A stretch of DNA of 64,000 bases from a bacterium (GTDB taxonomy: Bacteria; UBA8248). Positions 46,434 through 56,321 of this stretch are shown here, piece after piece. Made by a program: the position numbers and the translations under genes. The notes beneath the pieces are model-generated. The model did not search any database. It saw only the letters and a list, made by a program, of their open reading frames with translations, and was not told where the DNA came from. The stretch spans positions 384,001 through 448,000 of the forward strand of contig OZ241326.1 in the NCBI GenBank assembly GCA_965199855.1, read 5' to 3'. Position 1 is the stretch's first letter; every line of letters begins with the position of its first letter.

Positions 46434-47675
46434 TCATGCGTCGCCGCTCCGCCACATTCCCGCGATCCTGTCGAGAATGCGGCCGGCCAGAACTTCCTTC
46501 GGCATCGCGGGGAGCGCCTCGACCGCCTCGTCGGAGCCGATGAGCCAGGCGCGGGAGGAATCCGCGCCCATCGCGTCCTCTTCGCCGGATACCCTGTTCG
46601 CCACAATCAGGTCGAGCCCCTTTCGCTCGAGCTTCTCCCGCGCGCGCTCGACCACCCGCTCGGTTTCGGCGGCGAAGCCGACGAGGATTCGCCCCCCCTT
46701 GTCCGCTCCCAGCTCGGAGAGAATGTCGGTCGTTCGCTCGAGCGGGATGGCGAGCGCGCCGTCCTCTTTTTTGCGCTTGCGGGCCGAGGGCGCGGCGGGG
46801 CGATAGTCCGCCACGGCGGCCGCCATGACGAGGGCGCGCGCCCCGGCCCACAGGCGCCTCACGGCCTCGCGCATGTCGGCGGCCGATTCCACGTGAACCA
46901 CCTCCACGCCCGGCGGATCGGCGAGGGCCACGGGGCCGCTCACGAGGGCGGCGTCCGCCCCCCGTCGGGCGGCTTCCTTCGCCAGGGCGAAGCCCATCTT
47001 TCCGCTGGAGCGGTTCGAGAGAAAGCGCACGGCGTCCCACCTCTCCCGCGTCGGCCCCGCCGTGACGAGCAGCCTCATGCCGGCGAGGTCCGCGGCCGGC
47101 GTCAGGATGCGGCGCGCGGCCAGCAGGATTTCGCGCGGCTCGGGCATTCGCCCCCGGCCGACGCCCTCCTCCGCGCGCGCCATGCGGCCCGCTCCCGGCT
47201 CCATGACGACGTGGCCGCGCCCCCGCAGGGTCTCCACGTTCTCCCGAACGGCGGGCGACGCCCACATCCGGGGGTTCATGGCGGGCGCGAGAAGCGCCGG
47301 CGGCTTCGCAGAGAGCAGCAGGGCGGAGAGAAAGTCGTCGCCCACCCCGTGGGCGAACTTCCCGATGAGGTTCGCCGTGGCCGGCGCGACGAGGATGAGG
47401 TCGGCGCGATCCGACAGGGAGACGTGCGGCATGTCTCCCGTGAATGCGCCGCCTTCCACGGGGAACATCCTTTGTATGGGCGTCTTGCCGGTAAGCACCT
47501 CGAAGGGCAGGGGCCGGACGAACGAAGAGGCGTTTTGGGTGAGAACCGTCTGCACCTCGGCGCCGTCCAGGACGAGGAGGCGCGCCAGCTCGACCGATTT
47601 GTAGGAGGCGATGCCGCCCGATACGCCGAGAACCGCCCTTTTGCCGGAAAGGGGTGCCGAGTCGCGCTCGCTCAA
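46434..47675 (-). CDS. coaBC: Phosphopantothenoylcysteine decarboxylase/ligase
   Basis: GGIASYKS, APATAN, PAMN, TAGPT, NRSSGKMG, AAVADY, GFAAET. Confidence 0.95.
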   Translation of the reverse strand: MSERDSAPLSGKRAVLGVSGGIASYKSVELARLLVLDGAEVQTVLTQNASSFVRPLPFEVLTGKTPIQRMFPVEGGAFTGDMPHVSLSDRADLILVAPATANLIGKFAHGVGDDFLSALLLSAKPPALLAPAMNPRMWASPAVRENVETLRGRGHVVMEPGAGRMARAEEGVGRGRMPEPREILLAARRILTPAADLAGMRLLVTAGPTRERWDAVRFLSNRSSGKMGFALAKEAARRGADAALVSGPVALADPPGVEVVHVESAADMREAVRRLWAGARALVMAAAVADYRPAAPSARKRKKEDGALAIPLERTTDILSELGADKGGRILVGFAAETERVVERAREKLERKGLDLIVANRVSGEEDAMGADSSRAWLIGSDEAVEALPAMPKEVLAGRILDRIAGMWRSGDA

Positions 47676-48253
47676 CGGGGATTCTCCCCCCCTCGCCGCG
47701 CGAGAAGCAGTTTTCTGAATTCCCGGAAGGCGGCCCCGAAATCGTCGTTCACGATGACGTGGTCGTAAAGATGGCTCTGGGCCATCTCCTCCTCCGCCTC
47801 GGAGAGCCGCAGCGCGACGGCATCTTCGGATTCCGTGCCCCGGCTCCTGAGCCGGACGCCGAGCTCCTCCAGCGAGGGCGGCGTGATGAATACGAGTATG
47901 GCGTCCGACTGCGCTTTCCTGACCCGGAGGGCGCCCTGCACGTCCAGGTCCATGATGACGTCCTCTCCCCCGGCGAGACGCGCCTCGACCTCGTCCCTGG
48001 GCGTTCCGTAGAACGCGTCGAAGACCCGCGCCCATTCGAGGAATTCGCCTTTCGCTATCATGTCCTGAAACTCCCGCTTTTCCACGAAATGGTAGTGAAC
48101 CCCGTCTTCCTCGTAGTCGCGCCTGGGCCGGGTAGTCGCGCTTATCGAATGCCAGACGCCGGGAATCTCCTCGCATGAGCGGGCGATCAGCGTGGACTTG
48201 CCCGTTCCCGAAGGCGCGGAGAGAACGAAAAGACCACCCTGTCGGCGCGTCAT
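47672..48253 (-). CDS. gmk: Guanylate kinase
   Basis: SAPSGTGKST, SATTRPRR, FLEWA, YGTP, DVQGA. Confidence 0.95.
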   Translation of the reverse strand: MTRRQGGLFVLSAPSGTGKSTLIARSCEEIPGVWHSISATTRPRRDYEEDGVHYHFVEKREFQDMIAKGEFLEWARVFDAFYGTPRDEVEARLAGGEDVIMDLDVQGALRVRKAQSDAILVFITPPSLEELGVRLRSRGTESEDAVALRLSEAEEEMAQSHLYDHVIVNDDFGAAFREFRKLLLARRGGENPR

Positions 48254-49122
48254 TCGACGTTCTGCGCCTGCTCGCGGATTTTCTCGATGGCGCTTTTCAT
48301 CTCGACCGCGCATTGCGTGAGCGTCAGGTCGAAGGATTTCGAGGAAATCGTGTTGGCCTCGCGGTTCATCTCCTGGACGAGAAAATCGAGTTTGCGGCCG
48401 GTGGGCCCCTCGCCCCCGAGCATGTCCCGGAACTGGGCGATGTGGCTGTCGAGGCGGCCCAGCTCCTCGCTGATGTCGCCGCGCTCGGCGGCGTAGAGCA
48501 TCTCCTGCTCCAGGCGGCCTTCGTCCGCCTCGACCTCTTCGGCGAATTCGAGAATCCGCCCGCGCATCCGCGCGGCGAGCAGTTTTTGCGCCTCGGGCAG
48601 GCGTTTTCGGACTTCCCCGCACCGCTTTTTCAGGGCGCGAAGGTGGGCGTTCATGTCTTTCGCCAGCGCGCGCCCCTCCTTTCGGCGCATCCGCCCGAGG
48701 GCGTCCAGCGCGTCGCCCAGGGCCTCCATGAGGGGCGCCCGGATGTCGTCCGCCTCCGGCTGCGGCTCCGCGCTTTTGAGCAGGTCCCGAAAGCCTGTGA
48801 GCGTGGAGAAGTCCACCTCGCCGGGGATTTTCAACTCCTCCTTCACCGACTTCAGGGCGGCGAACAGAGATTTCGCGGCGCGGACGTCGATGGGCGGCGC
48901 GCCGTTCGCGCCCTCGCCCATGTGGATGAAAATGTCGAAGCGCCCGCGGGAGAAGCGCCTTTTCACCGTCTCGCGCACTTCTCCCTCCAGCGGGAGCGAC
49001 CAGCGGGGCCCCCGAATCGAAGCCTCCAGGTAGCGGTGATTCACCGAGCGCGCCTCGACGCTGACGGAGGCGCCGCCCAGCCGCCTCTCTCCCGCGCCGT
49101 AGCCCGTCATGCTGTCCGTCAT
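48250..49122 (-). CDS. yicC: YicC/YloC family endoribonuclease
   Basis: SMTGYG, RSVNHRYLE, GRKLDFLVQEMNREANT, EKIREQAQNVE. Confidence 0.93.
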   Translation of the reverse strand: MTDSMTGYGAGERRLGGASVSVEARSVNHRYLEASIRGPRWSLPLEGEVRETVKRRFSRGRFDIFIHMGEGANGAPPIDVRAAKSLFAALKSVKEELKIPGEVDFSTLTGFRDLLKSAEPQPEADDIRAPLMEALGDALDALGRMRRKEGRALAKDMNAHLRALKKRCGEVRKRLPEAQKLLAARMRGRILEFAEEVEADEGRLEQEMLYAAERGDISEELGRLDSHIAQFRDMLGGEGPTGRKLDFLVQEMNREANTISSKSFDLTLTQCAVEMKSAIEKIREQAQNVE

Positions 49123-49240
49123 CGTTCGCCTCAGGATGCGTTGCGCGTTGCGGCCGCGCCGAAAGAGTCTACAATAAATTTCCGCTTTTGGCCTATGGGC
49201 TCGCGCGCCTCCGGCGATATGCGAGGATTCGGACGGCATC

Positions 49241-50998
49241 ATGGACGCTTTCGCGCTTCAGGCGATTGCCGGGGAGTTGAGCGAAGTCCTTTCGGGGGCG
49301 CGCCTCGACAGAATCTCCCAGGCCGACGCGCATACGATAGTCCTCTTTTTCTCCGGCGCCCGGGCGCGGGGGCGCCGCCTTCTCGTCAGCGCGGACCCGG
49401 CCTTCCCCCGGGTTCACCTCGCCGCCGACCCGCCCGCGAGCCTGCCGGAGGCGCCCGCGTTCTGCCGGGTGCTCAGAAAGCGTCTCGTCGGCTCGCGCCT
49501 CACCCGCGCCGCGGCCGGAGAATGGGAGAGGGTTCTCCAGTTCTCCTTCGAGCGGCGGGGCGGCGCCTTCGCGCTGATGGCGGAGATGATGGGCCGATGG
49601 AGCAACCTGATCCTGCTGAAAGGCGCGACGGGCGAAATCCTGGAAGTCCTGAGGCCGGCTCCCCGGAGCCGGAATCCCCGGAGGCCCCTGGAGCGGGGAG
49701 GCCGGTATCGGCTTCCGCCGCCGCAGGAGAAGGCGAACCCGGATGCGCTGACGCCGGATGCGATTCGCAAAATGTTCGAGGAGTCGAACCTCCGCTCCGC
49801 CGCGCCGGAGGAGTTCGCGCGCTGGCTGGTTCGCTCGGTTGGCGGGTTGAGCCCGGCGGTCGCCCGGGAGCTCGCGCGCGCCTCCCGCGCCGATGAGGGA
49901 TGGGCGGGCGCGGCGGACGCCCTGACGCGCGCGATTCTGGGCTATCGGCGCAGGGAATTCGCCCCCGCCTGGGTTCTGGGGGCCGACGGGAGCCCCGTGG
50001 GGCTGAGCGCGGTCCGAATCCCCGGCGCGGAGCCGGCGTCGCGCCGAGCCTTCGGCTCCATGAACGAGGCGGCGGATGCGTTTTACGAGAAAATCCTGCG
50101 GGACGCCCGGCTGGAGGAGCGGAAAAAAGGCGCGTCCAGAATTCTCCGCCGCGCGCGGGAGCGCGTCCGCCGGGCGATTGACGCGGCGCGGGAGGATGCG
50201 GCCGCCGACGCGGAGGCGGGAGACGCCTTGCGCAAAGGCGAGCTGCTGCTGGAGCGTCTGGACGAAGCGGGGGAAGCGAGGGTTCTTCGCGTCCTTGACG
50301 GGGACGATCCGGTCGAAATCGCCCTCGACCCGAGGCTCACGCCCTCTGCGAACGCGCAGCGATACTTTCGCCGCTACAAGAAGCTGAAAAGGCGGGCGTC
50401 CTCGGCGCGGGCGCGCCTTCGGGAGATGGAGAGCGAGGAGGCTTTCGTTGAGGGGCTCATGTTCGACCTCGAGGCGGCGGATGACGGGGAGGGCGTATCG
50501 GGCGTGGAGGAGGCGCTCGCCCGGGCGGGCGTCCCCATGCGGCGAGAGGAGGCGAAGCCCGGGCGAGGCGGCGGCGCGCGGGGCCGGCGACCCGAGCCCG
50601 CCAGGCGCTACAGGCGGTTTCTTTCGCCTTCTGGCTGGGAGGTGATCGTCGGCAAAAACGCCATGGGCAACGAGGAGCTGCTCAGGCGCGTGGGCAGGAG
50701 GAGCGATACGTGGCTCCACGCCCGGGACGCGCCGGGCAGCCACGCGCTCCTTCGCCGCGCGGAGGGGGCGCCGGCCGAGCCGGATGAGGAGACTCTGGTT
50801 CAGGCGGCGGCCTTCGCCGCGTATTTCAGCCGCGGGCGCGCGGACTCGAAGCTCCCGGTCGCCTGGCTTCCGTTCGCCTCCCTGAGAAGGCCGAAGGGGG
50901 CGCGTCCCGGCCAGGTTCTGCTCGGCGCCCACCGGACGATTCTGGTCGATCCCGCCCTGGGCGAGCGCCTTTGCGGCGAATGGGAGGAGGTTTCCTGA
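49241..50998 (+). CDS. rqcH: Rqc2/RqcH (NFACT) ribosome quality control protein
   Basis: EMMGRWSNLIL, NAQRYFRRYKK, VGKNAMGNE, WLHARDAPGSH, AAYFS. Confidence 0.88.
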   Translation: MDAFALQAIAGELSEVLSGARLDRISQADAHTIVLFFSGARARGRRLLVSADPAFPRVHLAADPPASLPEAPAFCRVLRKRLVGSRLTRAAAGEWERVLQFSFERRGGAFALMAEMMGRWSNLILLKGATGEILEVLRPAPRSRNPRRPLERGGRYRLPPPQEKANPDALTPDAIRKMFEESNLRSAAPEEFARWLVRSVGGLSPAVARELARASRADEGWAGAADALTRAILGYRRREFAPAWVLGADGSPVGLSAVRIPGAEPASRRAFGSMNEAADAFYEKILRDARLEERKKGASRILRRARERVRRAIDAAREDAAADAEAGDALRKGELLLERLDEAGEARVLRVLDGDDPVEIALDPRLTPSANAQRYFRRYKKLKRRASSARARLREMESEEAFVEGLMFDLEAADDGEGVSGVEEALARAGVPMRREEAKPGRGGGARGRRPEPARRYRRFLSPSGWEVIVGKNAMGNEELLRRVGRRSDTWLHARDAPGSHALLRRAEGAPAEPDEETLVQAAAFAAYFSRGRADSKLPVAWLPFASLRRPKGARPGQVLLGAHRTILVDPALGERLCGEWEEVS

Positions 50999-51035
50999 GG
51001 CGGCCTCGCCGAGCGGGCGAAAAAAGCGCTTTCCC

Positions 51036-51464
51036 TCACGCGCCGCCGCCCCCCTCCAGAATTCTCTTGAGGTTCGCCAGCTCCCGGATGTTTCGCAGCG
51101 TGCCCTCCCGGTGCTTCGCCTGGCTTTCGTATTCGTCCGCCTCCACCGTGTGGAGGACGTGGGTGTGGCGCCCCTCCTCCTCGAAGCGGTAGCCGATGAT
51201 CATGACGGGCGCCTCCGCGCCGTCCTCGAAGTTGCGCCAGACGATTCTTTCGTTCGGCTCCCAGACGGTGATTTCGGAGAGGTGCTCGACGCCGTTCGCA
51301 TAGACCTGGCGAAACCGCGTTCCCGCCCCGCTTTTTTCCTCCGACACGATTCGGACGCTTCGGCAGAAATCCGCGATTCGCGGATGCGTTTCCACGCGCG
51401 CGATGAAGTTGAACACCTTTTCGGCGGGCGCGCGTATTTTCTCGATGACCGCTACGGGAGGCAT
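51036..51464 (-). CDS. SRPBCC family protein
   Basis: IRAPAEKVF, GAGTRF, WEPNERIVW, LANLKRILE. Confidence 0.8.
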   Translation of the reverse strand: MPPVAVIEKIRAPAEKVFNFIARVETHPRIADFCRSVRIVSEEKSGAGTRFRQVYANGVEHLSEITVWEPNERIVWRNFEDGAEAPVMIIGYRFEEEGRHTHVLHTVEADEYESQAKHREGTLRNIRELANLKRILEGGGGA

Positions 51465-51477
51465 GAGTCGATCTCCT

Positions 51478-52641
51478 CTACAGGAATTTCGCCAGAACCT
51501 GGTTGGCCAGAAGCGTCCCCTTCTCCGAGAGGCGGAGACGGCCGCGCGCCCGCACCGCCAGGCCGGCGTCTTCCAGCTGCCGGAGGAGCTCCCCGAACGC
51601 CTCTTCGGGGTTCGCGCCGGACTCCCGCGCGATTCGATTCAGCGAGACGCCCTCCTTCATGCGGAGTCCGAGCATGAGCGCCTCGCCCATCGCCTTTCGA
51701 GGCGCGTCCACGCGCTCTTCTCCGGCGGTGGGGTCGCCGGCGTTCGCCGCGTAGACGTCCGGCCGGGCGTGGTTCCAGAAGCGCCTTCCGGCCATCAGCG
51801 AATGCGCGCCCGCGCCGACGCCCAGACAGTCTCCCCGCCGCCAGTAGTTCAGGTTGTGCCTGCACGCGAAGCCGGGCCTGGCGAAGTTGCTGATTTCGTA
51901 GCGCTCGTAGCCGGCGGCGGCCAGCGCCGAATCCCGCATCTCCCACATGCGAAGGGCCGTCTCCTCATCGGGTAGGCCGCCCAGCTCTCCGCGCGCCCGC
52001 TTCGCGTGAAACGCCGTGCCCGGCTCTATCGTGAGCTCATAGGCGGAGAGATGCTCGGGCGCGAGCCGGACGGCCTGCTCCACGTCCCGGGCGGCCGCCT
52101 CGGCCGTCTGATGCGGGATTCCGAACATGAGGTCGAGCGAGAGGTTGGAGAAGCCGGCGCGGCGCGCGGCGCGAACCGCCTCCCGGGCGTCGTCTCCGGT
52201 GTGGACCCGATCCAGCCTTTTCAGCGCGTCGTCGTCGAAGGTCTGAACGCCGACGCTGATCCGGTTGACGCCGGCTTCCCCGAGCGCGCCGAAGCGCTCC
52301 GCCTCCGCCGCGCCGGGGTTCGCCTCGATCGTGATTTCGCAGCCGGGAGACACCTCGAACAGCTCATGGATGAGGCGCAGGACGCGCCCCGTTTCCTCCG
52401 GCGGAAACAGCGAGGGCGTGCCTCCGCCGAAAAATATCGTGTCCACTTCGCGCCCCTCCAGGGAGAGGCGCTTCGCGCGGCCTCTCAGCTCCTCCGTCAG
52501 CGCGTCCGCGTAGCGGCGCGCCCAGTCGCCGCCCGCGCGGCCCTTCTCCGTCAGGGCGTCCAGGGCGTAGGAGTTGAAGTCGCAATATCCGCATTTGACG
52601 ATGCAGAAGGGAATGTGCGCGTAGAGGGAGAGGGGCTTCAT
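51478..52641 (-). CDS. hemW: Radical SAM heme chaperone
   Basis: YAHIPFCIVKCGYCDF, FFGGGTPS, EANP, YEISNF, HNLNYW. Confidence 0.9.
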   Translation of the reverse strand: MKPLSLYAHIPFCIVKCGYCDFNSYALDALTEKGRAGGDWARRYADALTEELRGRAKRLSLEGREVDTIFFGGGTPSLFPPEETGRVLRLIHELFEVSPGCEITIEANPGAAEAERFGALGEAGVNRISVGVQTFDDDALKRLDRVHTGDDAREAVRAARRAGFSNLSLDLMFGIPHQTAEAAARDVEQAVRLAPEHLSAYELTIEPGTAFHAKRARGELGGLPDEETALRMWEMRDSALAAAGYERYEISNFARPGFACRHNLNYWRRGDCLGVGAGAHSLMAGRRFWNHARPDVYAANAGDPTAGEERVDAPRKAMGEALMLGLRMKEGVSLNRIARESGANPEEAFGELLRQLEDAGLAVRARGRLRLSEKGTLLANQVLAKFL

Positions 52642-52736
52642 GCCGCGGCCTTCCCGCTGAAGGGTTGATGGGCCTCAGAGCCTTTCCTGTATGATAGCCT
52701 CTCTTTCAATCGCTTTGCAGGCGGGGAGGCGCGGGG

Positions 52737-54299
52737 TTGGTCGTTCACACGCTGTCCATCGAGGAGAGGCTGCGCGTCATCCAGCGGGTGGGCCACGTGC
52801 TGAACTCGAGCCTGGACATGGAGGTCGTCCTCAGCCGCGTGGCGCGCGAGGCGAAGGCGATATTCCCGCTGGATCACTTCGTTCTGTATCTCCTGAATCC
52901 GGACGAGAAGACCTACACCATCCGCGCGCTCGCGTCGAGCGATGAAATCCTCGAGCCCCCCCGGGAGGACATCCCTCTCGAGGGCGGCGCGCTGGGCTGG
53001 CTCATCGAGCATCGGGAGAAGCCTTATGTGATTTACGAGGATCTGGACAGCGAGCGTCCCTTCGCCGAGGACGAGGCGGTCTTCCGGCGCGGGATGAGGA
53101 GCGGGATTCGCGCCCCGCTCGTCATCGGCGACGACGTTTTCGGCGAGGTCGCCGTGGCCAGCAGGATGCCCCGTCAGTTCACCGAGGAGATGGCCGGGTT
53201 TCTCTGCGAGCTCACGCCGGCCATCGCCACGGCCGTGGCGAACGCGCGGGCCTACGCCCGGCTCGAGGCCGCGAAGGACGATTTTCATCAGGAGGCGCTG
53301 CATCTTCGGGATCAGATCAAGGAAATCCACAACCCGGACGAGCTCATCGGCTCGAGCCGCGCCGTGGAGGACATACGGAGCCTGATCGCCCGCGTGGCGC
53401 CCACCGAGGCCACGGTGCTCATCCTCGGCGAGACGGGAACCGGAAAGGAGCTGGTCGCGCGCGGCATCCACCATCTGAGCGCGCGGCGCGACCGCGCGCT
53501 GGTGAAGGTGAACTGCGCCGCCCTCCAGGAGGGGCTGTTGCTGAGCGAATTGTTCGGCCACGAGAAGGGCGCGTTCACGGGGGCGGTGAGCAGAAAGCCG
53601 GGAAGGTTCGAGATCGCGCACAGAGGCACGATTTTTCTTGACGAGATCGGCGAAATCTCCCCCGAGGCGCAGGTGAAGATTCTCCGGGTCATGCAGGAGC
53701 GGGAGTTCGAGCGGGTCGGCGGCAACGAGACGCTGAAGGTGGACGCGAGAATCATCGCCGCGACGAACCGCGACCTGGGAAAGGAGGTGCGCCGGGGGCG
53801 GTTCCGCGACGATCTCTACTTTCGCCTGAACGTGATCCCCATCGAGACGCCGCCGCTCCGGGAGCGCAAGGAGGACATCCCTCGCCTGGTCGATTATTTC
53901 GTCAGCAAGCACGGCCCGCGCATGAACCGCCAGATCGCGTCCGTGGATCCGAAGGCGCTGGAGCGGCTCATGCGATACGACTGGCCCGGCAACGTCCGCG
54001 AGCTCGAAAACGTGGTGGAGCGCGGCCTCGTTCTGGGGCGCGGCCCGGTTCTCAGGTTCGACAGGCAGCTGCTGGGCGAGCCGCCGCCCTCGTCGAGAGA
54101 GGATGAGTTCGCCTCGCTCGAGGAATACGAGAGGCGCTACATCCTGCGGGTGCTGGCGCATACGAACGGCCTGGTTTCGGGCCCCCGCGGCGCCGCCCGC
54201 GTCCTGGGGCTGCGGCCCACGACGCTTCAGAGCCGGATGAAGAGGCTGGGCATCGAATCCCGCCGGGAGCACGGGCCGGCGATCCGGGGGACGCGATGA
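52737..54299 (+). CDS. GAF-domain sigma54-dependent activator (FhlA/NifA-like)
   Basis: N-terminal GAF, GETGTGKE, ELFGHEKGAFTGA, WPGNVREL, C-terminal HTH. Confidence 0.93.
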   Translation: MVVHTLSIEERLRVIQRVGHVLNSSLDMEVVLSRVAREAKAIFPLDHFVLYLLNPDEKTYTIRALASSDEILEPPREDIPLEGGALGWLIEHREKPYVIYEDLDSERPFAEDEAVFRRGMRSGIRAPLVIGDDVFGEVAVASRMPRQFTEEMAGFLCELTPAIATAVANARAYARLEAAKDDFHQEALHLRDQIKEIHNPDELIGSSRAVEDIRSLIARVAPTEATVLILGETGTGKELVARGIHHLSARRDRALVKVNCAALQEGLLLSELFGHEKGAFTGAVSRKPGRFEIAHRGTIFLDEIGEISPEAQVKILRVMQEREFERVGGNETLKVDARIIAATNRDLGKEVRRGRFRDDLYFRLNVIPIETPPLRERKEDIPRLVDYFVSKHGPRMNRQIASVDPKALERLMRYDWPGNVRELENVVERGLVLGRGPVLRFDRQLLGEPPPSSREDEFASLEEYERRYILRVLAHTNGLVSGPRGAARVLGLRPTTLQSRMKRLGIESRREHGPAIRGTR

Positions 54300-54470
54300 G
54301 CCGCCCGCGCCCCCGCCTTTCACGATATGTTTTCTCTTTATGCGGGATAATGTATCTTCAACGCGCATTCCGCGCAATGGAGAAGATGCGGGGCTGAACC
54401 GGAAGGCCCGGAGCTTGCCCGTTGCGGGCGCGGATTCTTTGGGCGAATTCCCGAGAGGAGGCGAGAGGAG

Positions 54471-54854
54471 ATGAAGCTGGCATTCGATCACGTGCACTGC
54501 GTTCACGCCGACGTGGAGGCGGCGGCGCGCTTCTACGTCGACGTTCTGGGAGCGACCGAGACGAACCGCATCGAGCGCGGCGGGGCGCCGCAGGTCTATC
54601 TGGACGTTCACGGGGCGGGCGTCATCCTTCGCGGCAGGCGGGAGGGGGAGGAGCTCGCGGCGGCGCCCGGCGGCTGGCCGCGCTACGGCATCGATCACTA
54701 CGCCTTCCTCGTGGAGGGCAAGCTGGGAGACGCCCTCGCCGAGGTTCGCGCGCGGGGCGGGAAGGTCGTCGCCGAAGGCGAGGCGGAAGAGCTCTACTTC
54801 GCCTACCTGGAGGCGCCGGACGGCGTCGTCATCGAACTGATGGAAATGAAGTAA
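54471..54854 (+). CDS. VOC family protein
   Basis: FDHVH, FYVDVLG, GIDHYAF, APDGVVIEL. GAGGAG RBS. Confidence 0.85.
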   Translation: MKLAFDHVHCVHADVEAAARFYVDVLGATETNRIERGGAPQVYLDVHGAGVILRGRREGEELAAAPGGWPRYGIDHYAFLVEGKLGDALAEVRARGGKVVAEGEAEELYFAYLEAPDGVVIELMEMK

Positions 54855-54882
54855 GAACTCGAGGGCGCGGGCGGCCGGGGAC

Positions 54883-55110
54883 GTGGGCCATGTTTCAGAG
54901 GATTTTTTCTCGGCCGTCATGGCGGGCGCTTTCGCGGGCGCTTTCGTCTTCGCCGCCTCGGGCGCGGCCGCCGGCCTGCTTCTGCTGGCCTTCAAGCGGG
55001 GCGCGGCCTTCAAGGTGCTGGCGGAGCAGTTCGCCCTCGCCTCGGCCCCGTTCTGGATCGTCCCGGGCCTTTGCGCGGGTTATTTCTTCAACCGCCTGGG
55101 CAGGGAATAG
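54883..55110 (+). CDS. Small two-helix membrane protein
   Basis: 75 aa, two hydrophobic segments, typical codon use. Confidence 0.5.
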   Translation: MGHVSEDFFSAVMAGAFAGAFVFAASGAAAGLLLLAFKRGAAFKVLAEQFALASAPFWIVPGLCAGYFFNRLGRE

Positions 55111-55234
55111 CATCGCCCCGGGAGTCCGGGCGCGTCCGGAAGATTCAACGCCCGCTTGGTGATCGCGCGCCGCCTTTTCCCGCAGGAATCTCCGGCGGCG
55201 ACGTTCCTCTCCTGAATCCAGTCGCTTTCGCCCA

Positions 55235-55272
55235 CCGAAATATACGACAAATAGTAAATTAACGATATATCG
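55235..55272. promoter_or_regulatory. Candidate upstream activator sites for the sigma54 activator
   Basis: ccgaaatatacg (55235-55246) and palindrome cgatatatcg (55263-55272) in an AT-rich tract 90-130 bp upstream of a -24/-12 promoter. Confidence 0.5.
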
Positions 55273-55363
55273 CTTGTTTTATGCGTTCTTCACCCCCTCC
55301 TTTTCTTATCTGAATTCGCTCGCAAGCCTTTGTATGCCCACGGATTCACGATTTTTCATGTTT

Positions 55364-55379
55364 TGGCATGAGTTTTGCT
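55364..55379 (+). promoter_or_regulatory. Sigma54 (-24/-12) promoter
   Basis: TGGCATGAGTTTTGCT, GG-N10-GC, one mismatch from TGGCAC-N5-TTGCW. Confidence 0.8.
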
Positions 55380-55439
55380 AAATATAATAGCGAATGTCGC
55401 ATCCCGACTCTCCCGAACGCGGGAGAAAGGAGGCATGAG

Positions 55440-55625
55440 ATGGAATTTCTCAAGGTGTCCGCCATGACGGCGCTTCCGGCGCTTCTCGCCTTCGCCGCGA
55501 TCTGGCGGTTTATGACCGTCAGCCTCGTCGCGCGTCCTCCGGCGGGGGCGGCGCGCGGGAGCGAAGCCGAGGCGGATTCGCCGGAAGCCCGCGCTGAGGC
55601 GACGGGACTCCGAAAAGCCGCCTGA
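55440..55625 (+). CDS. Small single-TM protein
   Basis: AAGGAGG RBS 6 nt upstream of ATG 55440, 61 aa. Confidence 0.6.
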   Translation: MEFLKVSAMTALPALLAFAAIWRFMTVSLVARPPAGAARGSEAEADSPEARAEATGLRKAA

Positions 55626-55663
55626 GCGTCCACGCCATGAATTTGGAGAAACGGAGCGAAAGC

Positions 55664-56134
55664 ATGTATCAGCGAATCCTGATTCCCCTGGATGGCTCGG
55701 AGGAGGCGGAAGCCGCCGTGGACGAGGCGGCTCGCCTCTCGCCGAACCCGGAGATCGTCCACCTCCAGCTGGTGGAAAGCGGCGTCATGCAGTCGAGGCA
55801 GCTGGAGGGCTACGCGATGTATGCCGATCAGATCGACGACGCGAGGAAGCGCTCGGGCGAAGCCTATCTGCGGCCCCTGCGCCGGAAACTCGAGGCGCTG
55901 GGTCTGCGCGCTTCGATTTCGTCGTCGTCGGGCGATCCCCTTCTTCAGATCGCCGAGCAGGCGAAGGCGCTGGACGCCGACCTCATTCTCCTGAGCGGAG
56001 AGGAGGGCGGATGGTTCAGGCGGCGCGCGGGACTGGCGCGCCTCGCCCCGCTTCTGGCGAAAAAGGTGAAGGCCCGCCTCCTGCTGATTCGGGGGCCGGC
56101 GAGACCGCCCGAGGCTCTCGACAGAGCCGCGTAA
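55664..56134 (+). CDS. Universal stress protein
   Basis: MYQRILIPLDGSE, GDP...IAEQA...ADLIL. The C-terminal ATP-binding motif is degenerate. Confidence 0.85.
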   Translation: MYQRILIPLDGSEEAEAAVDEAARLSPNPEIVHLQLVESGVMQSRQLEGYAMYADQIDDARKRSGEAYLRPLRRKLEALGLRASISSSSGDPLLQIAEQAKALDADLILLSGEEGGWFRRRAGLARLAPLLAKKVKARLLLIRGPARPPEALDRAA

Positions 56135-56321
56135 AGGAAAAACCCGCCGTGGCCCAATTCCTGGGCCGCGCCCCACATGCCTCCCCCCTGGCGGCCCACG
56201 CTGTCCGGCACCGGGCCGCCAGGCGGGGAATCCTCACTTTCCCGAAGCCGCGCGCCGTTCCGCGTCCCTCCGGCGGGATGGTAGAATTCGCCTCGCCCAT
56301 GGAAGTCGCGGGGAGGGGCGG

